From Phoronis australis (taxonomy: Eukaryota; Animalia; Phoronida), in NCBI GenBank assembly GCA_002633005.1, contig NMRA01000442.1, forward strand, positions 1 through 64,000: DNA of 64,000 nt, given 5' to 3'. A model generated the notes under the pieces. It was not told where the DNA came from. It saw only the letters and a list, made by a program, of their open reading frames with translations, and ran no database searches. This document shows, in pieces, positions 13,101 through 26,411 of the stretch (positions are counted from its first letter, which is position 1; each line of letters starts with the position of its first letter). A program made the position numbers and the translations under genes.

Positions 13101-16100
13101 CAGGGTCAAAGTGGTGGACCCATGTCTCATTCTGGGTTACAAATCTTCTGGAAAATTTGGTTGGATCTGCTTGGAATCTTCCTAAAAGTTCCTTTGAAAT
13201 TTGCATTTTGCTCATTTTCTGATCCTGAGTTAACATTCTTGACACCCATCGTGCACTCAGCTTACTCATGCCCAAATCTTCACTCAAAATTTTAGAGACG
13301 GACCCATTGCTGATGCCAACAGTGTTTTGCCAAGTGTTGAACAGTCATTCGCCTGTCTCTCATAACCATTGCATGAATTTTCTGCACATTTTCAGTGGAG
13401 GTCGCTAATTTGGGACGTCCTGGACGAGGGTCATCTTCAACGCTTTCTCTACCCCTCTTGAAACTAGCTGACCACTTTTTTATTGTGGAGTAGCTGGTGG
13501 AGTCTGTTCCGATTGTTTTTTGAATCTCTTTATTATTATCTTTTGGTTTCATTCCTGTTTACTCATATACTTTATGACGGCTCTCGTCTCCGTTATCTCC
13601 CACAGGCGTACTCAGCTTTTGATCGTCCCCAATACACCATATATATATAATACTACAAGGTATGACTCTCCCGTCCAGAAATTCTACGGGTGCTTCACTT
13701 CAGTCGTGCATATCAAGCACAAAACTCAAAACAAGGTTTAAACAAACCATTAGCACTTCGTCTTTCTTCTAATACCATTCACAGTGTCCTGATCCAATGA
13801 GATCGCAACGAATTCGCGGTCAAAGCACGAAAATGTTCCCAAAAAGCCCACGCATTTAGCCTCTTTGGACGGTTCGAGGTCAAGGACGGTACGGCAATTG
13901 CCGATTTGTCACGGACTGCCATGACATCTATAACTCCACACAGACCATTTCGTAACCTTCCGTGAGGAACCGGCAATTGCCGTCCATTCGTAACTCATCG
14001 GATAATTGCTAATGGTTTGCTGAAGCCTTGTTTTGTGTAAATTTATTGAGTTTTGTGTTTGATATGTACGACTGAAGTGAAGCACCTGTGGGATTTGTGA
14101 TCGGAAGTGTCATACCTTGCAGTATTATATACATGTATAGTATATTGGGAACGATCAGAAGCTAACTACGCCTGTGTTATCTCCATGCTGCTAAATGTGT
14201 TGTCGTCTGCATTACTGTTTTCTTGGTGAGGCCAAGAACTTATTGACCGACCCTTGTATATGTCGTGCAATTTTCAGGTAAGGCCGGCAACTTTCAAGTT
14301 GAGAAAGAGCTGGTACACCACAAATGAAACTATCGAGGAAAACGAGGTAAATCAATTTGTATTATGCGCTCAAGTCCAATTCTCTGGTAACAATTGACAA
14401 AATTTGTTTAAATTTAATACAAACAAAATAAATGTGTCACACTTGGTCATTTGCAAGATTAGTTACTTTCAGGAAAGTGTATCATTCTCAACCAGTCCCT
14501 TAAATAGCTCATCACTCGTTTGATTCAATTCCAGCACCTTCGTTCACTCCTGAATTATATGACCAGAATCGCTGAACTTCTTGGCGCACCGCCATCAAGA
14601 AACAATGAGCAATTCTTGAAGCTTATAGAATTTGAAATGAAGCTGGCTAAAGTAAGTACTTGTTTGATAAGGATTCCATTTAAAAACCCAGCCACAACAA
14701 ATTTGTTATCAGAAAGTCCGACACCGTTTTGATATCTTGGTGAAACCGACTGAGGACGGGTAGCATGGAAAATTTTAGCTAAAACAAGCCACGAACGCGA
14801 CGCCGTCCACGATGTTTTTACTTAGATAGTGCAGCGCGTAGATGGTACTGAGTCATTTACTCCTGTTTTCCAAATTGTATTGAAATCTACATCGGTGTGA
14901 CGTGACCCTAAGTTGGCTCCCACTCGTGTACTAAGAAGTACCTTGGCGAAGAAACTGGTTAACCATAACTTTTGCCTGACAACATCCTACTAAGAGTAGG
15001 TTGGGGGGGGGGGTGCGTGTGGCGTGTATGTTAAGGGTGAGAATGGCTTGATTTTTTTTCTTACATATCTGTATTTCTGTTCTTTATACCAAATTGTGAT
15101 ACTTGATGATAATTTGTTGCAACTAATGTACTTGTATACTGTATTGTTTATTGTGTCGTGTAAATTGTAAATACCCATGCTAGAGAAAATAAAAATACTT
15201 AACAAAAAAAGAAGTACCTTGGCCTTGTCGTAGAAAATACCTTGGGTATTTTCGTTGTCTCAAATTCGTTTGCAACTCCTTAGGTACTTTCATAGTCTCA
15301 AATGACTCTTCGGAGGTGTTTCACATCTGCCATTGTCCAAAGACTGTTACCACCAGAATTGCACAATACAGTCTGTGGCATTCTTCATAACTTGCAGTTA
15401 AAATTTAAGTTCACCATTGCACTGATGTAAAACACCTCCGATATTCGTGACATTTCGAGTACTGTTGTACTCTCAAATTATAAGTCGCTTCATGTCTGCG
15501 AACTAATGAGCCAACAGCAAATCTCGTGTCTATCTAAACATAGAATTCTGTCGAAAGCAGATTTCCCCGTGAAGGCATGCTTAAAGAAATAAGAGTTAAC
15601 AGTGCTTCACGAGGCAGACTTGAGAGTGACCGTCTCCTAAAACGTGTGAGACTTGCAAAGGTGAAACCAAGATTTTTACCGTCTCTTTACATATTCGCAA
15701 ATATAAAACATCACTTAAATGTATCTTGAGGGTACAAAAATTCCTGAGACTGCCCAAATACCTGCGCAAGTGCTTCCTATTTGTGCAAATGCAAGCTTCA
15801 GTTAGAACAAAAACTCATGCAATGGCAAAATGGAACATCTCGTTGAATGCCTGTTGCAATATTTCTGTGATAACAAGTTACGTTATGAGTATGACGTCGC
15901 GCACGTCTTTTGTGACCAGGTAATAGCCATGATTTTTAATGTCTGCTGACAAAATTCCTTTGCTGTTACAATTCCGTGATACAATTTTAGGCTCCGAATA
16001 AAAATGTGGTGTTACGGAAGCCTTGATGTGACTGGCACCACACGGCAGACAGCAAAACTCTAGTGGGGTTCTTCAAATTCTTGTATGAACGACCCCCAGT

Positions 16101-19100
16101 ACTAAACTTTCCTCCTGACGTGTACCTTGCCGTTACTACATCCGCATTAATTGAAATGCCACCCATCTTCCACTTCAAACTGAAATTTTGAAAAGCAGAA
16201 ATGGCCGACCAATTCCAAGTTTATCCACTGAAAAACTGGTATCGTGATATACCAAATCACAAAACAGTGAGAAATTAGTACGTGCATTTCAGAAAATGCC
16301 ATTTTCGTGACGTCTAGTCTGTTTAATTGTTCAGCAAAAAAGTCTCAGAATGGCTGTGTCAAAAACTCCTGAGAACCGCTAGAGACGTCAAGTATTAGAT
16401 TCGAGGTGGGACTGTGGGACTTATTTAAGCTGCCTTTGAATTTTTAATATTCTCGTCATCTGACATCTTTTGACTTGTCATGCCACTGAAAAGCTTAAGC
16501 GCATTCGCAGACCACAATGAACAAAGGCGAACTTGATGTTTGACATATGAGACGTAAAAATAAGTATGTCAAGCTCTGTTTCCTGAGGTCTAAATGAACA
16601 TGGTGGTTGGCAAGAATGTATCATGACTGAAGGCAAAGTAGAATAGACAATATCTGATGGAAGGATTTGGGAGTCAAAAGCTTCAAAAAACAAGACCATT
16701 ATTGCATGGGGTTGGATGGAGTTTTGAAATTGCGAGAGAGATTCGGCATAAAGCAGTGAAGAATGATGTGCATTTGTGATAGTACAATGTAAGAAAGTAC
16801 CTTTGATTTAGGTGAGTCTAAGCGACGAATATGCGTGCTACCCGTGGAGTTTTACGCAATCACGTGGCTACGAAAAAATGACCATTAAAGAATTGTCTAC
16901 TAAGGCCCCAGCGGTAAGTATATACATGTTCGTATGTCTGACAATCCATCATCGTTCATTCCTAGATAAAAACGACTAAACCTCATTAAAGGCAGTTCTA
17001 ATAATGAATTTGATATTCCTTATTTATTCTACTAGGATTGCCAGAGAATACTATATAGTGTATCATGCAATCAACAGATGTTCACAATGAATAGAAAGCC
17101 CTTGGTTTCCATCTCTCTCAGACTCACGTGCTCATTGCATGGTCTTTCTTAGCCTTCGAAACTTTGAGAAAAGACTCCCAATTCTAGACCTAGCTACTTG
17201 TTTGGTTACAAAAATTTTGTAATGTCTCTTTCTATCTAGCACCTGTGTTTATCTAAAATTTGATTCCTATACTTCTTCCCAACTTTAAAGATTGAGTGGC
17301 TGGACTTTTTCAAAGCGGCGCTGCCTGGCTACAGTATCAGTGAATATACCGTTATCGTTGTTATTTCTCCTCCTTACTTCTGTGGAATGAATCGCCTTCT
17401 AACGAATACCATGAAAACTGAAGAAGGAATCACGTAAGTCACAAGAAAAAAATCTTGGATACTTTCTGGAATGCATTTCAACCGTGTTCTTAGTTTTATA
17501 GCAAAAAAGTGTGGATATTTCATTGGTAATGATTAGTTCTCCGGTCAGAGTTGATGTGTTTACAAAATAAGTAAGATAATCTAGAAACACTACGTTACTT
17601 AATGTTACACTGTATGTTATTTTTTGTGAAGACCGCAATATTCGTTGACTTTGTACCCACCTTGTGTTTACGCAGATAGTTTTTGAAATACACTTTTTAA
17701 ACATGGTCTTAGTTTTAAAGTAAACAATTGTAGATATTTCATTGGTAATGGTTCTCCGGTCAGATTTGATAAGCAAGAGTTTTTTTAGTAATACTACGTT
17801 ACTTACGCTTACTTCGTATGTCATTTATTGTGAAGACTACAAATTCGTCGACATTCTATCCACTTTATGTTTACACAGCAAAATTGAATATTGAACCAGA
17901 CAATGGACTAGTTCTAAGAACAGAGAATTAGCTTAGACAAATCTTAAATTTCCGTCAACTTTAAGAAAAAAGGTTAAATTTGTCTTAAGTCTGTTTCAAG
18001 AATGATACCTTAATTTTTTAATTAAGCTTTGCCTTAACTGACTTATCGGGTGTGAGACAAATCTTAGACCGAAGTCGAAAGTGAACTTAAATTAGATTCT
18101 TGGAATGTGGTCAAGACCGTCAGTAACAGGTAGTGTCGGCAAAGTGATACGTAACACTAACCTCAACGAATAAAATATTAAGCAAAGCGCAAACGCGGCA
18201 CCCAAGATCTACTCCTCATTTTCTCGGTGTGCTTACAGACTTTGCCAGGGGTGGAAATAATTCCATGGCTGGGCCCCTAAATTACAGCTAGAATGCTGTA
18301 AAAGCCAGTCTAAAACCAGTAGACTCCAAACCCGCTGAACAATGAATCTCAAACTCGCGCCCCTGACCTCCACGCACGCTTAGGCAATGGGCCAGACACG
18401 GAGAACAAAAGACGTATCTGGGCGAGTACACTGATCCCTGAGATTGCATATGGAGTATTATCAGTGTGTGTGTCAAGGGGGCGCAGAGATAGGAACACTT
18501 TGCGCCCGATTCATGTTTAGTTTGTTCCAGCACAAGCGTGACTCACTGCATTACATAAGGATCCTACGCAGATTATTCTGATTAAGTGGAAGTTGTTTGG
18601 ACGCCCTTTTTACTTCCGACGCCACACTGATGACTTCTGACTGTATACATGTAGTGCAAACACGAACACTATAAAATGATTATTTCAAGTTCAGTTAAGT
18701 ATAAAGAGATCGGTAAATGGCTCCATCCTGACTGGGAAAGGGCACCGACTCCACACCTTATGCTTCACAGGTACAATTAACCAAAAAATCAAAAAAACAG
18801 TAAACAAGAAACATACCAAAATAACATGATTCACTAATTCACGTAATTCACACTGTCTTTTGTAATTCACGTAATTCACTCGGTCTTTTGTATTTATACA
18901 AGCAACCATCCCATATGAGTCCGCAAAATAACTACATGTACAAAACATCTGAAGGTTCCTTTCTGTCATTTCAGCATGCTTCGTAACTACATGATATGGA
19001 AGCTGATGGAAAGTTTGGTGCCGGCATTGCCGTCGCAGTTCATAGACGCTGAGAAGGAATTTGCGAACCACATTTATGGCAAGTTTCTTGTAAGGACAAC

Positions 19101-22100
19101 ATGCAGCATCCGCCTGGTCTGATACCCAAGGTTTCATACAGGATGACACTACCTTAAGTGCATGTTAAGTCGTAGAGATGGTGATATTCTTAGGATGATG
19201 ATGTTGTTGGCGTTGACTCTTGTGTTAGTGATGTTTTTGGCGACCATGATTGTGATCCTGGTGAGAGGGGTGTGGAGAAAAAGATAGCATGGAACCAAGA
19301 GGGTTCTGCAACGTACAGCCGCCACTTTATTCTGAATGATCTCTCCGTCAGTCCAACGTGGTTCCAGCCAAACAACCAAACATTGATTGCTCGGAGATTT
19401 TTTATAGTGAACCCAGTAAATCGACCACCTTCTGTGACCGGGTCTTGGCACTTTCAACAGTCTGTTCCACGAGGTGTATAAAACCTGGCAATAGGAACGG
19501 TATACTGGGCTAAAGAAGCATAAATGCACGTAATCCGCAATTTTAACCTATAATTGCCATCTACAAGCGCTTACTACGAATTTAGATGCAATGCATTCAG
19601 ATTACTGAAACTCACCAGATTACAAAAATGAGGTGAAAGGTGTGGGTCGACCAGCCAGCCTTTTTACAGATACAAACAAACATTGCAAGTAAAGAAAAGT
19701 CACGACTCAAAAAAGTGGATCAAGGAGCAAGCAAATAATAATGTTTCACTTAGAACAGACTCAAAATCAATCAAATGCCATGATTCGTTGCCTTTGGATG
19801 CAGCACAAAACTTAAAATGGCGGTCAATCCAGCAGGCGCCAATTTTTACAGACACTGGGGCAAAAATTCAATCGTACTACTTTAACGTAATGTTTATACG
19901 ACAGTGACGGTGTATTTTAATGGTTTTTATGGAGGGTAAAGATCAAAAGGTATAAAAGTTACGCCGATAAAACCTTGCCTACGTTACCAAATACCAAAAC
20001 CTGACTGGTGCTGATTTGATTAGAAATCAAGAGGGTTCTGAGTGATCTCTCAGTCAGTCCCACGTGGTATCAGCCAAATAACCAAATATTTGTTCCTCGC
20101 AAAATTTCAATAGCAATCTCATCAAATCGGTCATCTATATCATGCCCATGCAGTTCATTAACGGAAATGGTTAAAATCTATAGTGTATGTTTCAGTATCG
20201 TCTGTTGTAGGCAGTGTCAGAATAGACTTATGCTGATGGTGCGGTACATGTGACGTACAGTCATTGGAAATTAGAAGACGTTTGTAAAACTCTTGTCACT
20301 ACAGAAGTAATGTCTTGTCTTTTCAAATCATAGACAGTGTACTTTATTTTCTATGGCCGAAGAACATACCTTTAAATTTTCAACGTAACAGGTATTCAGG
20401 GAGAAGAGTCGCGATGGACAAGGTGTATCTCTATAGCTGATGCCGCCATGGGGTTCCCACTGGCAACCATGTTTGTTGAAGAAGCGTTCTCTAAAGACGA
20501 TAAGGATAAGGTTGGTTGGTGAAGGCTTTGGTCGTACGATACATCAGGGCTAGGTTGCATACAACTTATAACTTATCTATTCAAAACAAGTTTCCGTTGC
20601 ATGACGTTATCTACATTGTGCAACGTTACATTTCATAATGCCACGTCTGTGTTGCTATCCGGTCTATAACTGATGCGTTTTCATGTTTACTAAAATTAAT
20701 TAAATTAATAGTAAATGCGGAGAGTCGAAGCTCATACTGTGCCTTTTAAAACTCTGAACACCAAAAATGTCCGCCATCTTGTCATAGCAAGTGTGAAATA
20801 TGTACATGTAAGACTCATTCACTCGCGATCATGCATGTTACTTTAAGATTTTACAAGGACCACTGTTGGTCTTACATATAAAGTTTTAGAATAAGTGGTT
20901 TGTGTTAATCGTTTTGTGTTGGAGAGCGCAGTCACCATTTCCTTCCTAAATGCTTGGAGAAATCATTTTCATTAATTTGTTCTTTTCCTCCGCAGGCGGA
21001 GAAAATGATGGACGAAGTGAAAACGGCATTTAAGGAAAATGTTTCAAGACTCTCGTGGTTAAACTGGTTGACACAGAAGGCAATCAAAGATAAGGTATGT
21101 GTCAATGAGGTGACATATCACAAGTGTATTAAGGATGCAACATCTCTTTGTAATTGCTTTAAAGAGATTGTGCAGTGCCTCCGTAAGCAACACGACTCAT
21201 TACGTTGACACGTAGTTACTGATTTTACTCTTGAAATTGAAATGTCTCTAGCCACAGTTTTTCGCGGTGACAGAATGTCTTTTTAAAACCGATTTTAGTT
21301 GACAATGTACCGTATTTACAATAAGCCTATTATGTTTTAGTCTATTTATACCATTCTCTGTTTACACTGGCATGACGTTTTATTCGGTTATTTCTCCGAC
21401 CATCTTCGGGTGTTACGGCGTGCACACGTATCTGGTACATTCATGGTGAGAGCTTTACATTCCATTTCCGAGAAACAGTTGCGACGAAGTTGTGACGGTT
21501 TCCTTGAAGCTACTAGTTTTTATTGTTTAAAGTCAGGTTAATCCAAGAGGCGATATCAATTTTAAACTGTGTGAAAAGTCGCCTGCACTGATTAAGACCT
21601 TTTGCCTGATTGATACAGGGAGTCACTTCGCTAGCCATGATAACACCATTTAAATAGATTATGTATTTGAGACCTCCCAATTTGTATCCTAATAGTATAA
21701 AAATGCACGTACCTAGTGCTTAACACTTCATGCTCGATCTCAGCACGTTAGTACTCTTTCACTAAACCATGAATAGTCCTAAATACTTCACTCTCTGTTG
21801 AAAAGAAGTTGTTGTTGAAGCAGAGTTGTTAGACAACCTCAACATCCACGAGTAACGATGCAAGATAATAACAAGCTCGACGTCCAACCTTAGTGACCGT
21901 CTTCCTTCTTCATTTTGATAAAGTTACTGGTCCTAGGTAATGTTTTAAAATTAAATGGTTAAGTTTGAGTAACTCGTCAGGAGTAGCACAGCATGTGATC
22001 GAAACAATACAATATCCATAACTTGGATAACATCCGGATAATCTGCAATGAAACAGGCTGAAGTAAAAGGAAGATAAAGAGAGTTGTGCACGTGACGCTA

Positions 22101-25100
22101 CAAGGCGATGATTTCAGTCAGCCTTCAGCCTAGCTAGTAGCCTATGCTCTATCGACTCGAAGTTTGATGACCTAGTGACTTAGAGAGTCATGGGTTGACA
22201 ACAATCCTAGATTCAAATCCCATTGCATACCAAAGAAAAAATATGTTATCCAAAGTGCCCGAGTGTACCAGATACAAGAACTCGTTCCTGTAAAAGCGCT
22301 GTCACATCGAGGTGCTAATGTAAGTAGGCTACCCTCACGATAGTTTAGACCCGATGTGAAAAATATTTGTTTTCATGGTCATCAAAGCGTGCGCGTGTTC
22401 TGCCTCCTACCGATGTCAATGGTAGTTAAACGGGTCCAGACTGGTAACAGCGATGAAATTGACTTAAAAACACAACATAACACCTTGGCATTATAGTGTT
22501 TTTATTCTACATCAAATGAGCCTTTCCCTACCAAAGACATTTTTATGTAAATTTTTCAGGTAGATAAGGTCTTGGATAGAATCGGATTCCCTGCCTGGAT
22601 CAACAATGCTGCAGCTCTTGACGAAAAATACAAGGCGGTAAGATAGTGTAGTTATCACCCTACAGTGGGTAGTGCAACATTTGAAGAGACCACAAAATGC
22701 ATTTTCTTAGAATTCAGCTACATAATATGAAAAGCATACCATAAATCTAACTAATTAAGCACTTTTTATGTCAACTAGTCGCGATTTTTAAAATTTCGTA
22801 GAAAAATTAGTCATTTCCATTTTCCCGCCAAATTATGTAATGGGTGGAGGACATTTGGTCACTTGATAATCAATTGCAATGGCGGAAAATAGCACATCAA
22901 AAGACGAGGACGATTTCGAGCGAGAACTGGACAATTACTAAACAGACGGGGAGGAGAGAGCATACAGGCATCGCAGTCAAATACTTGAAGTATCAGTCAA
23001 TGAATTTGATTTCTCTATTTAGTGAATTTTTGTCGGCATTGAGGCCGTATAAATTCGACCCACTTGCACGCGAAATGCTTCAGTCATATATGAACAAAAA
23101 CCAATTAAACCGAAGGGCGGCCAGTATTTCTCAAGTAGACACTTACAAATCACTGACAAGAGCCATAGTAAACCTGAGTCTATCGTGTATTCACTATTGC
23201 CATGATGGAATGAGCCCACGGTGTGAAATCAATAAATAAGCCTACGTGTCCTAACACTCGATCTGGGCAGGATTGTGGGCCTGGCATCAATCGCCCTAAA
23301 ATGAAGCAGTTTGTTCGGTATCCATAAGATTTGTATAAACATTTACAAGATATCAAGTCCTTCATCATAACACCGTTTTCGTGTTTGGTCGAAACAGAAT
23401 TCCTGCGGAAAAAGGGTGCTCCCGACTAAATCGCATTTTTCACAAAGCAATGTCATTTCTGCGCAACGTTCACGTATTTAGGAAATTTGAACACAGAGGC
23501 GTTCTCAGTTAACCTGCTGTTACTACAGCCGCCAAAAACGCACATTTCCATGTTTGAAAAAGGCGACTCTCTGGATTTTTCTATCACAACTCCTCAGTAT
23601 CACACCGGTAAAATCATCAACCGCAGAGAGGGTCTTCTACCCATTACGTACAGCCAAAAACATTTTTTTAATAAATTGCGGCTTGTTTCCTACCAATAGG
23701 TATACAAAAGGTTACTAAATCCCGTATGATGTATTTTAGTAAAATTCTTTTTGAGACACAGGAAAGATGTAAGGACTCGAGACAGATAAGGTGGAGCAAT
23801 GAAAAGCCGCAGTTGCTTTTAAACACACGCGATAATTCCTTGTGATATTGTGTATAGTTCTATAGGTTGTTGCATCAACGCAAGACTGAGTTCCGAAAGC
23901 ACTTTTTCCTGTCATTGTGGAGGTCTAAAACGGACAATTGGTTTGAGACACATTCCAACCCCTTCCGTTAACACGGGTACTAACTCCGACGTACAAGGAA
24001 TTATAATTATGATTTATGTAAATTATTAAAATGTTTGCTTTCATATATGGCTTTGCTTTGTTGTATTGAGCATTGTGCTTTTTGTTGTTTCAGCTGGTGA
24101 TTTCTGAAGACAACTTTTTTCAAAACTACGTAAATATCCTGAAGTTTATTTCCCAAACACGAGTGAAACGCTTGACAGAATCAGTAAAGGACCAGTAAGC
24201 TCAAATTTCAGGCTAATTTTCAAAGATTCATGTTACAATTAAAGTTTGTGGGTGCGGAAATGTAATGTAAGCAAAAACTTAAAATTCATTTGCAAGAACG
24301 GGTACGCGACATGTTTGTGGCATTTTTACGAAAGTAGACCACACATTACTCTTACATTTAACATTTTGTCTCAGAATTTTTTTGGTTCATCGATTTAAGA
24401 AATAGAATAAAATGAAGACTGAGGCCGCTACAGTGTACATACCTTCTTTGGGTGTCAAAAAGCAACTACCTTTCAAAGCAACATCTCACGCTCTTATTGT
24501 TTGTTTGAACTGAAATTCCAAATCATCAATTTCCTGTACTTCATACGAGAGCTATATTACTTCAGCGGCCACTACGTTTATTGTTTTACATTAAATAAAT
24601 TTCACGATGAGGAGTAACTTAATGCAGAGTTTAGTCTGAAGTAATAAATAAATTTCAGTTCTTCCCAAGTCTGTATTGAGCCGTAAGTAACCTAAATCAA
24701 ACACTGTTTTTGACAAAAGGTTCGAGTTAATTGGACTTTGAATTCGACCGGTCTATCGATCTATAGTGCTGCTCTAGGTCATCGAGGTACGAGTGCTTTG
24801 TCGATCTTTTTAGGACATACCTCTCATAAATCTTGCACGTTCATGTAATAAAGGGAATTCAAGTGTCTTCCAACCATTCCGAATGTAACCTGCAGGAAAT
24901 TCTTGCGCTGGTTGCAATCTCGAGACAACGTGATACACTTAGCAATCGCTACCTACCTTATGATTGGCTGCTGTCTAACGTTAGATTGAGTCCATCCATT
25001 GACTGAGATATTCGATAACTCAACGAAAGTCAAGTAGCAGCCAATCACAGGATAGGTATCTTTCGGTAAGTGTGTCACGGTAATTATGAGATTAAGAACA

Positions 25101-26363
25101 TCGCGGCTCTATAGGCAGACTTTCCCTAGGAATGGATGAAGGCCACTTGATTTCCTTATGAGGGTGTGTGCTAAAAAGACCGAGATACGCGCCTTTGAAC
25201 GATAGCATCCATTAAGCGAATGATTGTAAACATGATAACTGAAAGATAGTTACGAAATAGTATGTGATATGCAAAGTATATCAGAAGCTTTCCAGTGCTG
25301 AAGTCATTGAGGTCACGTTATTGCTCTTTCTTTCAGGTGGGATAAGATGCCACAAGTTGTAGATGCACACTACAAACCGCTCACCAACGAAATATTTATC
25401 ATGGCTGGAATACTTCAACCACCCTTTTATGATCGTCAATTTCCTAAGTAATGTAACAACGCCAGCAACAAACTGAGACCAACCGTATTTCCGTAGCCAA
25501 AAATCCTTAACGCCTTCAACGGAATTTTGTTATTTTAGGTGTTGCGGGCTAACAAAATGGTCCTAGCAAAGCCGTAGTAAAATAAGAAAATGCGAGTTCA
25601 ATCGCGCAAATGTAAACCCGTCAAACGATAAGTGAAGCTGCCTTTCGTGCGATGTTGCGTCACCGCGAGATCCCAGCACAAACAACAAAAGACCGATAAC
25701 AGCTGTGTTGAATAGGGGTCTAAATAGAACACCATTGAGTACTCAGCGATTTTTTGACAAACTGTAGGAACTAAATTTACAGGTGTTACCGTTCAAGATA
25801 GCTTTTAACTTAAAACACAGAACTCTAGGGCTGGATTGCCAACTCCTGCACATAACCTATACATTCTACTACTAGATCTAGCAACCCGGTGGCTAGTGGC
25901 GAGAGTAACTGAATTTCTGGCTGCCTGCTGGACTGAGCTTTGATCGAGGGTTGTAGTTATCAAATCAAGCCTTATTTCGTTGTTTCATTTCATTTTGTTG
26001 TTATTCTTCATCAAGCGAGACTCGTAAGGTGTGGCTCCATTCAATTAGTGATGTCTCGGTAAGTTTAGTCACCAAACCCAACAATTACACCGGTCACAAG
26101 CATCGACCTGTGTACCTGGGAGGACGCCAAGAGTAGTTTGGCCTCTGATATATTTTTAGCTCCAGTTGTAGAACCACTTTCGACAACCTATCATACCGCA
26201 TGCTAGGAGCTTTTAACAAGACAACTTTGGCTGATAAAAGTATTCTATTACAAAAATATATTTTGCCCAAATGAAAAGCTCAGGCCTTAAAAACGTGTGT
26301 TTAACACGTAACTTTCGAAAAATTGCTCATAATTGCTTATCTCTCACTCTATGTGTGTGTGTG

Positions 26364-26411
<48 letters not shown>

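Larger units (their letters stand above)
12487..14256 (-). mobile_element. Mariner (DD34D) DNA transposon, inactivated, in intron 3 of copy A
   Basis: About 40-bp TIRs: CGAGGGTCGTTAAATAAGTTCTCGGCCTCACCCAGAAAAC and GTTTTCTTGGTGAGGCCAAGAACTTATTGACCGACCCTTG. TA TSD at 12485-86 and 14257-58. Empty site in B near 57147. Confidence 0.95.

Noticed and set aside
18691-19149. 152-aa minus-strand ORF conserved with 52969..53283
   Set aside because: It is the antisense shadow of M13 exon 8 and flanking intron; the conservation is due to the duplication.
19190-19287. Hydrophobic stretch [30 protein letters not shown] as the missing TM exon
   Set aside because: It is low-complexity GAT/GTT sequence inside an A-only segment of intron 8, at the wrong position for an N-terminal anchor, and absent from B.
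26040-26145. Possible conserved-core SINE fragment on the minus strand
   Set aside because: Only a loose resemblance to invertebrate SINE central domains, with no identifiable head or tail.
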